A program made the translations under genes and the position numbers. The notes below the pieces were generated by a model. It was not told the origin of the DNA, made no database searches, and was given only the letters and a program-made list of their open reading frames with translations. Below are positions 11,636 to 23,891 of a stretch of 64,000 nucleotides of DNA, one piece after another (the stretch's first letter is position 1; each line of letters opens with the position of its first letter). The stretch is from positions 29,574,001 to 29,638,000 of the forward strand of contig CM114271.1 in assembly GCA_050084515.1 (NCBI GenBank). Reading direction: 5' to 3'. Origin of the DNA: Blasia pusilla (taxonomy: Eukaryota).

Positions 11636-14600
11636 ATGGAGATTACTCATGATAGCGCAGTTGTACCTCTACTGAACTCAAATTTTGCGGAGCGACAGGA
11701 TGGGGATTCCTCAATTTATTCGAGCGTGCAGGGTCTGGAATCACCGCTCCTGCGGAGTGATGAATCGCTCAATTCTGCGATTGAGGAGGAATACGAATTT
11801 CAATCACGTCTACATAAGGCTGCATACTTAGTAGATCAGGTCGGGCACCAGAAGCTAGAGTTATCATTTTTTCATCCGTATGAAGCTTTGTGTGCTGAAT
11901 GTGATCGTAACCGTACTATTTCCTCTTTGGAATTTGACAGGAAATCTAAAGAGAAAGAGGCAGTGATGTCTATCACGATTTTCTTGTCCGGATTATGACA
12001 TAGGTCAAAATCATGAGAGCATATGGCAGCTCTGTCTGCGGTACCAAATTGAGAAATTGCAATTTGCACAGCGAAATTCCTGTCTTGGCCTTTCCAAATT
12101 ATGCGAGGGTCTGGTTAGAGAGGCCATTTTTTTCTGTTGCCCGAAGGCATTCTACCCGTCTCATGAATATTTGGGCCACATGCTATTCGGGTGACTACGC
12201 AGGCGCTATTGAGGCGTTGGATGCCATTGGAGGTCCTCCAACACAAAGATTATAAAACTGCAAAGCTGGCTTACGTGGTATATAATCGCCTATTTAGCGT
12301 CCGATGTTTCTCCCTAGCCATTTTGACAGTACTGCCTTACTTCGAGGTGAAGTTTTTCACGTCCCTTCCAACTTTACTTGATCTGTGAATAAAAGATTCC
12401 GTAAATCAGGAGGTAGGTAGGTCAATGTATGAACTTGAAATCTCGAAACTTCAACTGCAGATTAGCTTAATACGGTTCTTGGGAACTGATCACGCGTATT
12501 AACGGAAATATTTCATTCAAGATTTTGCTTGGAATCTGTAGCGTTAAGGGGCTATCTCATCAGATAACGCTAGTTTTAATCGAAGAAATTACTGTGAACT
12601 TGAAGAGAAAGGTCAGCTTCCACATCTGGAATGGATAACCTGTTCTCCCCGGGCGTTACATTATCTAGCTAAAGCATGGCCCCGTGGATTTCACGTGCTT
12701 GCCATTGGTGTGATAGTAGCAGGAAAAGACCTTGTGGAGGCTCTGATAAGCACTTGCCGAGTAGGGTCTAATACATCAATCCATCACTATCTTGAATGGT
12801 TACCCTGTTCACCCTATGCGTTAAATTGTCTAGCTAAAGCATGGCCCCGTGGATTTCAGGTGCCTGATTGGTGTGATGGCAGCAGGGAAAGGCCTTGTGG
12901 AGATCCTGATAAGTACTTGCTTAGTAGGGTCAAATACATCAATCCATCACTATCTTTAATACTTGAGGTGTGCAAGCGTTCTCTCTCTCACTTTCGAGTC
13001 TGGCAATGGTTGGTAAGGATTTTCTGGTCATAATTCAGGCTTTGTCAATTGCATTATAAGTTGCTTCTCGGCTAATACTGGGAGGATTTGGACTAGAACT
13101 CTTTTGGTAAGCATTCACCCAATGCGAGAGTCTATATCTCACGACCATTACTTCTTCTTCCCAGTCACTAGCATAGTCCACCCAGGTGAGAAGGTCGTAT
13201 GGTTGCAAGGCTATGATAGGTGTGTCAGTAAAAGTTTAGGCTCTTTTTGGAGTAGCTCCAAGCAGCTGTGAGTATACAACAGTAACTACTTCGCAGGTTT
13301 TCTCTTTCTAGAAGTCTGCAGGCATGAAATGAAATTGCACTGCTCTCAATCCTTAGGTTCACCCCTTTCAGAGGATCTTTTCACAGGTCTGTAGAGATTT
13401 AGTGGGAATATTTTGTCATTTTGTCTCAGGTGCTGTTCCTAGCTGACGCTGTGCAGAAAGTAGGAGATGGAAGTCTATCGTTTGTTTGGAGGTGTTTGCA
13501 TCATATTGTAAATTTACCTTTGGTGCCATTGAAGATCCCAAATCTGGATGTGCAGATTCTATGCATATTACCTCTAACAATTTCGATGTTTATACAACGA
13601 TACTATCAATTCCAGACGTTTTGGCACTACTGGTCAAATTATTTGAAGGTACCATATCTCAGTCTCTGAGCTTTCAATACTGACGGGATTTTCTAGTAGG
13701 TTTCTGGCGTTTAGTTGCATCATGCATGCATGGGGTACTTCTATATTTTCTGGGTCTTGTATTTGTGATTTTTTTTTAAGTGTCTGATTTCCTGTTTCTT
13801 CAGATTGAGCTTTTAGTAACTCAATTGATCTGCAAATGATAATCTCAATTGAATTGTGATTGTGATTGTGATTGTGATTGTGATGTCTAATGTATAGTAG
13901 TATCTGCATGCTACTCAGCAGTCATAAGAAAGTAGGCGTTGCTGTAAATCCTATTCCTGATGACCACTGTTGTCAGACTGTGTGGCTAAGTAATGGTAAA
14001 TTGTTTCGTGGTGAGGGTTAAAGACTTTTAGTAGTTCACACGAGCTGAAGTCATCTACACTAAGAACTCGTTCTAGTCTTTAAAATGCACTCTGTGACTC
14101 TAACTTTGTATTTAACTCCTCAGCTGATGAAAATGTTGAACAGGTGATTGTTATTTTCTTCTACGCACTTCGGATTTTTGCTTTAGTTGCTGGATGGCCA
14201 TGGATTTTTTTATATGAAGGCAAAATGGCAGCTATGTATTTACACATTCTGACGCCCATAGTGTTCAGCAGGTATTCAACGGTTGATCTCAATATACACC
14301 TGTCATAAATGCACTGTTCCTAGTATGTGTTCATTTTGTGGGGTTGGACTTTTTGATGACACTTTTCAAACACAGAGATCTGATTTTAGAAATAAACTAA
14401 ACTGTTTCCAGTCAAAGATATCAATTTATAATCACGAAAGTCGGGGGTTTCTCACCTCTTGGATTCCGAAGATGTGGAAACGTAATAGGGAACTCCTTGG
14501 TTAGTGTGCTTACTAGTAATAATTACCTCAATAAGCATTGGAGCTTGTCTCCATGTTGTCCAGCTGCTTCACCACTTTAACTTGTCGATGTCACGTCAAC

Positions 14601-17600
14601 CGTCCAGAGGCTCCATTCCTAGTCAAGCCATTCACCTACCTGTGACCTTTTTAATAGCCTTCCCACATGCGATCCTCTGAGAATTTCCCAAATAGGCGTA
14701 CAGAGGTTCCCAGGCAATGTCCTTGTCTCCCTATTACCAGTACTAGGGAGAACAGGAGAAATTTCCTTGCCATGAAATGTCATCATACCACCCTTCAACA
14801 AATTTGCCTCAACGTTATACCAGATTTTCATAGGGATATTCCCTACTACCCGAGCTGCTCTCTCATTTCCTCTGGGCTGCCAAAGTTATCAGCAAAATCC
14901 AGGGCAACAAAGATATTACTCATGCAGATGCCTTGTCCACTGTCTTCCATCTTCTCCAGGAACCTTTCCTGTGAGTGTGCATTACAAGAGTTCTTGTAGA
15001 CCTGCAGGATAACGATTTGATTTCATGTCTAAACTGCGCATGAATTTCCAAGTAGAGGGATATGGGGAGACACTAGATTGATACATTCTCAGCAGTTCTG
15101 CACTTGTTGAGTCTATTTTTTGAGTTTTTCCGCAGGAGTTAGGGTCAGAATGGTATGTTACCTGGCGACTCATACCTCAGATGTGTGTTTAAATGAAGAG
15201 AGGTGCGTACACATCGAGACAAACAGGGGAGAAGAGGCTAAGACCCATAATAGTCTCAAATCGCATGACCAATGTGCTCCAATTTGATTTGGTAGACTGA
15301 AATCCCAAGAAATGAATCAAACATCCCCTAAAATGACCCTGCAAAAGTTTATTCCTAAAATTGCAGAGTTAGCATTAGGGAGCAATAGCATATGCTGAGA
15401 TATCATGAAGTTAAAGGGGCAATTTGATGGAGGGAAAGGTACTGACCTTCTGTAGTGGGGTCAATTTCATGGTCGTGAAAGGACAGCACCAAAAGCAAAT
15501 GTGAACCAATCCAGATTGGATTTGCAATAATCATCGTCCCGGGCAAAATCATTATCAGGAGTCTCAGCGGACTTTCCATATAACAAAAGTTGGGCATGGT
15601 TTGGAGAGTGCACCAGGAACAGGCTAGTAGTGACAATGGCATTCATTCCAGCCAACTTATCTATTATGTTGAATTGTTGATAGTGCTCGTTTTGCACAAT
15701 CCTGCAATAGCTGGAGCCCAAGCATAGAGTGGAGGTCTACCAAGTTCACAATAGTTGCTGTGCTAAAGAAGTTTTAACTCGTGAATGGGCAAACCCAAGT
15801 TTTGAGAATGAAGATGAGCTCTTCCGCATTTCGCATTCACCATATGAGTCTGCACCAATATGTAACCGAACGACCAGGGATGAAGCCTGTCGGAAAAGTA
15901 TTTTCGAGAAATCTTCTCTGGATCTGCCTAAAAGTTGGACTAGACCATAATCAGGCCCAGATGGCAGGGGGGGAAATCCCCCCCTGCCACCTGGGCCTGA
16001 TTATGAGAAAATCTATAGATAATACAAAACTTTGTCATCTATATATTAGGATAATAGGAAGTTTTTATTTTGGTAGGAGTCTATAATATATTAGTAATAT
16101 TTAAAGCATAAAAACGTAAAAGTAACCATGGGTAATTTATCTAAATTTATTATTGAAACCTCGTTATCAATAAAAATATATATATCAGAATAGTGATATA
16201 TATATATAGATTCAAAATGCTAGATTTTTTTTTATCAGAAAAAAAGATTATAACCCATAATAGCTTTTTTTTAAGTCATCGGAGTGAAGTAAAAATCTAA
16301 GCTTAAGTGATTTTAAGATTCCAACATGATAATTGAAAAAAAAAAAGATTACTTGATATTTTAAAAAAATAAAAATTTGAGAACAATTGAGTACCGCACG
16401 TTTCGTCATTGGCAACCATGATACTCCCTTCTGGATCAAGTGAATTATGATGCAGAGAATCCTTTGGTATTATTGCATTTCCTCAAAAGTGCAAAGTGGA
16501 GTTTCTCCATGTTCCAACAATGTCAGCAACCAGGTGGAAAATGTGTCTTAGACAACAGACCTCAATAACTTGTGACTCTTCAACAAACGTTTCCAAACTG
16601 TGACATCAATTTTATCTGGAAGGTTTTCTATAATATCAAAGTATTCAGCAACTTTCAGCAATAGACATATGCTCTTGCTAAGTGAACTACATTTTCCTTT
16701 CAAAGGAGTTTCACCCAAAATCCCCTGCATTCAATACCCATCAAGGAGGCACTGCTGTATTTCAGATGCATGAGCATTACTGGTGGAACCCTTGAGAACT
16801 TTACTGGCAAGGTTATCATGAATTGTACAACATTCAACCATATCAGCGAATTTTCACTCCTAATGATCTGTGTGTAGGGCTGTTTGGAGTTTACTATGGT
16901 GAAAAGTGACTGATAGAATTACTATAGTAACTTAGTGTTTTACCACAGTAATTAGTAATTTCTTGCTACTATATATTTACCTCAGTAATTCTGAGAATTA
17001 CTGTGGGCGGCAGGCCCTAACCCTAAAACACTGAGTGTGCTTTGCTTACCTGAGTGGATTGTGCTTCTGACCTCAGTAGTTCAGTGTGCTAAGCACTGAG
17101 TGTGCTGCTGCTTACAGACTGAGAGGTCTGCTGACCTGAGGGGTTAAGTGAGTCTTGTGATGCAAGGTGTCTAGTAGTACTAACCTGAGTGGTTGCTATT
17201 GAGATGTCTACTGCTGCTAACCTGAGTGGTTGCTATTGCACTGAGTGTGCTTGAGAATGCTAGGTAGTCTGGTGATACAGGTTGTCTAGTGCTTTCCTCT
17301 ACAATCTAACCTGAGTGGTTGGTATTGCACTAAGTGTGCTTGTAATAGTTAGGTTGTAGAGAAACTCTAATATTCTAAAAAGATATACAAGACTTCCAGT
17401 ATGGACATTTGGGCCCTGACAATCCTAATTCCTAAGCAGACCAAATTCTCCTGACCAGGTAAATTGTGTTGGAAAGGTAGACCAGCAGAAGTATCTCCTT
17501 GTGCATAATCAAAAGGAGCTTCAGCTAATCCTTCCATGATTTGACCATGTACACAATCAGCATATCAGTTTCTAGCTCACTTATTTAATCAGATTACTAT

Positions 17601-20600
17601 CATGAAGTGAATCTCCTTATTATCTATCAGATTCTAAGGAGGATTCTACATATTCACACCTTGCATTCACAACCCAATGCAGATCCTTAAATGTCTCCAG
17701 CTCAAAGATGATACATTGCTCTCATCACTAAGCACGAACAATCTTCATGAACTATCTTGGCAAGATGCCCTGCTTTCCAATGAGGCTTTATCAAACACAG
17801 AACTCAGTCCCAGTCTCAGATCACTCTGCATCAGGGCCCGTGCTGCACGACACACCAAGAGTCTCAGGAGTCCTCACCAAAACCTGTGCATACTGTAGAA
17901 TTATCTTCTGATTTTAAGCTGAGACAATAGATACATGAGAGAGCGTTTGTTACCCTTAGATCGTCTCGAACTGATCCAGACCCTAAGTTCATGATGGCAG
18001 CGAACCCTCATTGGAGATTACCCTAAAAGGTGTAAGAACTCGAACTTGTGTCCAGCAAACTAAGTCAGTATCCAGCTAAGTTAGCATCCAATTAACAAGT
18101 GGTTGGGCTTGGCTAAACTAGATATTAACTGTTTTCAACAAATTGCCCCAGGTGAGAGAGTGCAGACTTTACAATGATACACATATGAAAGCATTTTGCC
18201 AATACAGCGGTTTTTTGTTCCAAGTGGGAAACTCATTTCCAAACCTACTTTGTGACAGATCTCTTCGTAGCTCTTTCCGCATGGTATCACAGATTGTGCA
18301 CTCGTTTTTAGACACTGCGGTACGAACTATTCTTAACCTCCCAACTTTCTGGCAGGCTTTATTTCTCCCAGTTTGAAGGATGAACTTGTGAATTTGTTAT
18401 GCCCTCCGTAGTCCTCAATCTTGTGAGATCAAATTTTCACTAACTTACAAACTAGCTCTTTGAGATCTTTTCCACAATATGTGTTGGAATTTCACATTTT
18501 TGCCTTTTCTGAGTAAGGAAAGACGTTTTTGTATGTACAAATTTACACCATCTCATAGTGAGTCAATATTGGATAGGTGCTGCTGGTGTGTTTCATTTTG
18601 CTGTCTGCATGGCTGGCAAACCTGCTGTTTCACGACCCAAACTTTGCAGACTATCCAACATCTCTCATGAACCTCTTGGTCATGTTGACGACTGCAAACA
18701 ATCCAAACGTTTGGGTCGAAACCTACACAAAGAACCGAGTCACATTTGTTTTCTTCTTCATGTACATGCTGGTTGGCTTCTTTTTTCTCATGCATCTACT
18801 CTTCGCGCTAATATACAACAACTACAAAGTGCAGGTATGTAATTCTATGATGCCACTTTGAGTTATCTTCACTTACTTTAGTAACGAGTGGAAGCATAGT
18901 CTGAAATCTGTGCGGGTTCATCCTTCTCTTGGTTTATCAGTAAACTTGGTATTCACTTTTGTTTGGAGAGCCAGTAGAATCCTGTGCACTTTGTAGAATT
19001 AGATGGTTTCCCATAAGAAAATTTAGGACTAAATTTGTTCATTTTAGGAGTTCAGATTTAGAACTCACAGTCCTACTGTTTGACTAGTCTAATATGGTAG
19101 AAATTTAATGTCCACTTTCAAAATTTAACCAGGTTATCAGCGTATATGCAGTCTTTGTAAGAGTTCCAGGTGATCAAGTCATCTGCTTGTGCAGTTGGCT
19201 GTGGAAGTGCAAAAGCAAGCTACATTCCGCCAAAGGAATCTTAGAGCAGCTTTTGATCTTCTCGATATAGATCGGGATGGGATCATTGTGCAAACTGCAA
19301 TTGCTCTCTTCCATCAAATTGGCAGCTACAGGTAAGTGGTGGTGCTTTGTAATATTTGTAGACATACTTGTTTTGCAACTTCTGATACGAGATTTGTAAC
19401 AAAAAAGTAATAGTAGTGTCTGGCTTGTAGTAGCCCTGAAGGGACTACTAGCCCTAATAACTCTGCACCTGAGTCAAAGCTGTTGACTTTGTGGAAGAAA
19501 AATAGGTTTGTGGCATGTTAACTATCTAATACAACTTTTAGTTCATAATCCTGCACGTACTTTCAAGAGATATGCAAACCCTTCCCTAGAATTTGACACC
19601 CAATGATCTAACCCTTGTTGATCTAAATAAATAAAAAAATAAGAAAACGCTCTTGGTAATGTAAAGTTTATTATGTTAATTTAAGAACCTCGGAGGGTAG
19701 ATTTGAATGTTAGACAAAATCAATTTTACAAATAGCAGGTTCTTCAAACAGCTTGTGCAGGGCACGATTTCTTGACCTGTGAATTGAGTTCAGCAATGTC
19801 TTTCTAAGGAGCACTTCGTGAGAAAATGATTGACCAGCAGAAGTATCTCCTTGTACAAAGTCAGAGCTAGCATCAGCTAGACCATCCATGATTTCAGCTT
19901 GTACGCAATCAGCAAATCAGTTCCTATCTCTATTGCCAAATCAGAGCCCTACCATGATGTGACTCTTCTTACTATCTAAGAGATACTAAGAAGGATTCTA
20001 CTCAGCCACACCTTGCACTCACACTACAGGTCCTCACATGTCACCAGCTCAGAGATCAGACATGGCTCACCATTGAGCACAAACAATCTCCATCAGCATA
20101 CTAGACAAAACAACATGCCTTCCAGTGAGGCTCTAGCAAGCACAGCAATTAGTCTCAATCTCCTCTTCCTACTCTCTGATCACTCTGCAGCAGGACCAAG
20201 AGCCTCAGGAGTCCTCACCAAAACTGTGCATGTTGTAGAATTGGCTTCTGCTCTCTAAACAGAGACATTATATACATGAGGGTGAGCACTTCTGGCCCTT
20301 AGATCTTCTTGAACAGATCCATACCCTAAATAATAGATGGTGGCTAACCCTAACTCGAGAATTGCTCTAATTCAAGGTTACCCTAAAAAGATAGAGGAAC
20401 ACTAAGTTATCTCTAGCTAACTAAATTAGTATCCAATTAAGTTAGTATCTGACTAACTACTTTTAGGGCATGATTAAACTAGATATTAACAAATTTCAAC
20501 ACAGACATGGCTCACCATTGAGCACAAACAATCTCCATCAGCATACTAGACAAAACAACCTGCCTTCCAGTGAGGCTCTAGCAAGCACAGCAATTAGTCT

Positions 20601-23600
20601 CAATCTCCTCTTCCTACTCTCTGATCACTCTGCAGCAGGACAAGAGCCTCAGGAGTCCTCACCAAAACTGTGAAGCTCTCTAAACAGAGACATTATATAC
20701 ATGAGGGTGAGCACTTCTGGCCCTTAGATCTTCTTGAACAGATCCATACCTAAATAATAGATGGTGGCTAACCCTAACTCGAGAATTGCTCTAATTCAAT
20801 TACCCTAAAAAGATAGAGGAACACTAAGTTATCTCTAGCTAACTAAATTAGTATCCAATTAAGTTAGTATCTGACTAACTACTTTTAGGCATGATTAAAC
20901 TAGATATTAACAAATTTCAACACAGACATGGCTCACCATTGAGCACAAACAATCTCCATCAGCATACTAGACAAAACAACATGCCTTCCAGTGAGGCTCT
21001 AGCAAGCACTGACAGCAATTAGTCTCAATCTCCTCTTCCTACTCTCTGATCACTCTGCAGCAGGACAGTCCTTATATTGACATGAGACATTATATACATG
21101 AGGGTGAGCACTTCTGGCCCTTGGATCTTCTTGAACAGATCCATACCCTAAATAACAGATGGTGGCTAGCCTTAACTCGAGAATTGCCCTAATTCAAGGT
21201 TACCCTAAAAAGATAGAGGAACACTAAGTTATCTCTAGCTAACTAAATTAGTATCCAACTAAGTTAGTATTTGACTAACTACTTTTAGGGCATGACTAAA
21301 CTAGATATTAACAAATTTCAACTTCGGTGGGTGTGTTGCAGGCATATACGAGATGTTCATGGTTGTGTTGAACATGTTTTTGGTTCTCTCAAAGAAAAAA
21401 CTAGTGAAAAAATCATATTTGGTGATTTCCAAGCGCTTTGTAGCCGCTTTCTCAGAGAAGTGGAGAGAAATGCTGCTACCAAACTTTCAGATTTGGAGGA
21501 TGAAGGTGCCAGAATAAGAATCAGCTGTACAATGAGGCTTGTGGACAGCTTAGTTTACAAATGCCTTTCATGGGCAATCACTTTCACCTCTCTAGTGGTG
21601 GCACTTTTAGACAGAAACGTACGCATCCTCTTTTCATTTTTCTTCCTATTTTCCAATTCGAGAGATGAGTTGGACAACCTCTTTTGCACAGGGCGAGGTG
21701 TGTGATCATTTGTGGTGCTTGATCCCTCAATTTTCATTCTTAAGGGTTTTCCTATCGTTTTGATGTGCATCCCTTTTTCAATTCAGTAGGCAAATTGGAA
21801 GACAGAAATCTTAACTAGGTCAGAGTTAAGTATGTCAGGTTGTAAACTTTGGGAATGCATCACTTCTTTTGTTGTCCTGAACTGACGTCTGGATAAAATA
21901 TCAAGTCATAGAGAACCAAGGTAAGGAGTTCTGTTGATTCAGAGAAGGCTGTGAGGAAACACTCATGAATAGTTGACCAAATGACATGTGGAGTAGCTGC
22001 GTTTTTCGGGTATTATGTGATCTGGTGGAGGGCCTATCTTTTGCTGTTCTATTTCTTTTTTGTTGGTCCCTTGTTCCCTGCTCTCCAAGGTCATCAAAGT
22101 TAATTCTCGTCTGCTTTGACTGTTCTGCAGATTAGGGATGGTGAATCTACTACAACCTCAGCTATCTCCCTAACTGTACTCACAAATATGCAGTATGTTT
22201 TTGGTACAGTTCCAAGACTTAACATTGCTGTGCAGGCATCTACAGATGGATTCGACTAGGGTAGAAAATGAGCAGGATTATGCCTTTTGTCTGCTAAGTG
22301 GTGATGTAACTGCAAAACTGTCATAGCTTGCGAATTTTCCATGGGTGCTTTGCTAATTTGTAGGAATTTCTGTATTTCAGGATGGTTCTTCTTGGCGGAT
22401 TTGCTCTTGAAGCTACATGTGAGAGGTCGAGAGTTTTGGTCCAGCAAATTGAATTGTTTCGACTTACTCTTCATTGTGATCATCTTTTCATGGGAAGTAT
22501 CAACTATATGGTGTCCAGATCATCTTCAATGGTATGTTAAACCTTCCCTCTGGTGGCATACCCATCTATCCATCTCAACCTTTGTATGTACCTTCTGGGT
22601 GGACATCCTGGTGTTGTGTTATCACAAGCACCCTAGGAACTTTATGCTTGTCAAGAGGAGATGGGATTTCTTTCCCAGACATCTAAATACCAGCTTTTGT
22701 GGCATACTCACAATGTTTGCAGAAAAAATATGATCCATTGTGTGCAGTCTTGGAAGTGGTTGTTCTACCTCTCCTCTTTAAAGGACACTTGAGTAGTTTC
22801 GCCAAAGCTGAAAGGACATTCTATACTCAGTACCTTTTATGTCACGAAAACTAATGCATTCAATCTAATCAAGAGAAGTACTCTTCTTCCAATAGACCTT
22901 GATAGTTGAAAGGTCTGAGCTGGTCACATACCTGAAAAGTCTGATGGAATTCCTCTAGGAAATCTCACAAGACTCGATACGTCATTAAACTTCTGTCTGA
23001 ATTCCATGGTAGTCACAGGACAATCCAAGATGGGCAATTTTAACGTAGATGAAGCTTTCCTCCTGGCACTAGCCAAGCTTACACAGGGACAAGTGATTTC
23101 CTATTGTGATTGCTATAACTGTTTAACAGAGTTCAGTTAGTCAATAATTACTTTTTGCAATTTCTGCATTATTTTTGGTCGCTCCTATTTGTCAGAAGTA
23201 ATAGGAGTGATATCTCACAAAAATTATGGTTTCATAACTGACCTCTGCTGACCAGTGACAGCTCAATGATACTCTGTTTAAAATTGGCAGGCTTTCATTC
23301 ATCATCATCCTACGATCAATCAGAGTCATGGTTCTTCTCACTCACTTCACCCGGTGGCGCATCATGGCTGACTTGCTGATTCGCATGGTCCCAGTGACAG
23401 CACCAATCCTGGGAATTCAATATTGCGTGTGCTCTTTGTTTTCTGTTGTGGGTGTGCACCTTTTTGGTGGACTAGTTTTTGTCGGGAATCCTGTGATAGA
23501 AGGCACAGAGTATGCTACATCAGGTCTGTGGGTGTACAATTTTAATGACTTCGGAGCTGCCATGGTGACTTCTTTCAACTTATGTGTGGTGAACAATTGG

Positions 23601-23891
23601 TTTGTTATCATGGATGGGTATGCAGTAGCTACGGGAACCCTTTGGTCTCGTGCTTATTTCATTACCTTCTGGGCCATTTCAGTGAATTTTACTCTTAATG
23701 TAGTGGTTGCATTCTTTGTGGGAGCTTTCACAACACAATTGGATAAGGTGGAACATCACCAATCCATGGCAGGACTTCAATCATCCAAGTACAAGGTGCT
23801 AACAAGGAAGAAGGTGGGAACATCTTTGTTCATGGGCTATAGCCATGCCTTCTCAAAATACGATCTATACGAGGAGATTGTAAGGAGATGA
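11636..23891 (+). CDS. TPC: Two-pore cation channel (TPC family), 12 exons, ~744 aa
   Basis: GT-AG exons 11636-11839, 12203-12346, 12860-12967, 13556-13648, 14144-14271, 18259-18319, 18577-18834, 19195-19331, 21342-21618, 22131-22203, 22381-22531, 23291-23891 join in frame (2235 nt). Pore 1 LTTANNPNVW, EF-hand DIDRDG, pore 2 NFNDF...VVNNWFVIMDGY. Confidence 0.93.
12629..12956 (+). repeat. Tandem ~165-bp duplication covering TPC exon 3 and its acceptor; upstream copy is a dead pseudo-exon
   Basis: 12629-12793 and 12794-12956 share ctagctaaagcatggccccgtggatttca...catcaatccatcactatctt. The upstream copy has CAC instead of CAG at the acceptor plus an indel. Confidence 0.85.
14520..15945 (-). mobile_element. 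Highly degenerate L1-like LINE RT fragment in TPC intron 5
   Basis: Minus-strand remnant GFIPGRSVT resembles the L1 RT motif GFxxGRxI. Otherwise heavily frameshifted, with approximate limits. Confidence 0.4.
15946..16005. repeat. 60-bp near-perfect inverted repeat (28-bp arms, 4-nt loop)
   Basis: cataatcaggcccagatggcaggggggg-aaat-ccccccctgccacctgggcctgattatg with one mismatch. It abuts an AT-rich block (16006-16390). Confidence 0.9.
17467..18140 (-). mobile_element. Copia solo LTR with 5-bp TSD AATTG
   Basis: Termini tgttggaa...tttcaaca, AATTG on both sides (17462-17466, 18141-18145). Homologous to 19819-20501 and to the Copia 3' LTR at 37256. Confidence 0.85.
19819..21320 (-). mobile_element. 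Copia solo LTR with three tandem copies of a ~400-445-bp terminal segment
   Basis: Flanked by (A)CTTCG direct repeats. Units 20057-20501, 20502-20922, 20923-21320. Reverse complement nearly identical to LTR 37256-37546. Confidence 0.88.

Noticed and set aside
13853-13884. HNHNHN peptide in ORF 13634-13909
   Set aside because: It is only an intronic (ATTGTG)n microsatellite, not an HNH nuclease.
17014-17345. Interstitial telomere (ccctaa x2) and adjacent short repeats
   Set aside because: Only two hexamers. The following ctaacctgagtggttgctattg repeats are few and degenerate, and no function can be supported.
20057-21320. CRISPR-like or satellite array
   Set aside because: The units are ~420-bp LTR segments with no spacers and match the Copia LTR at 37256.
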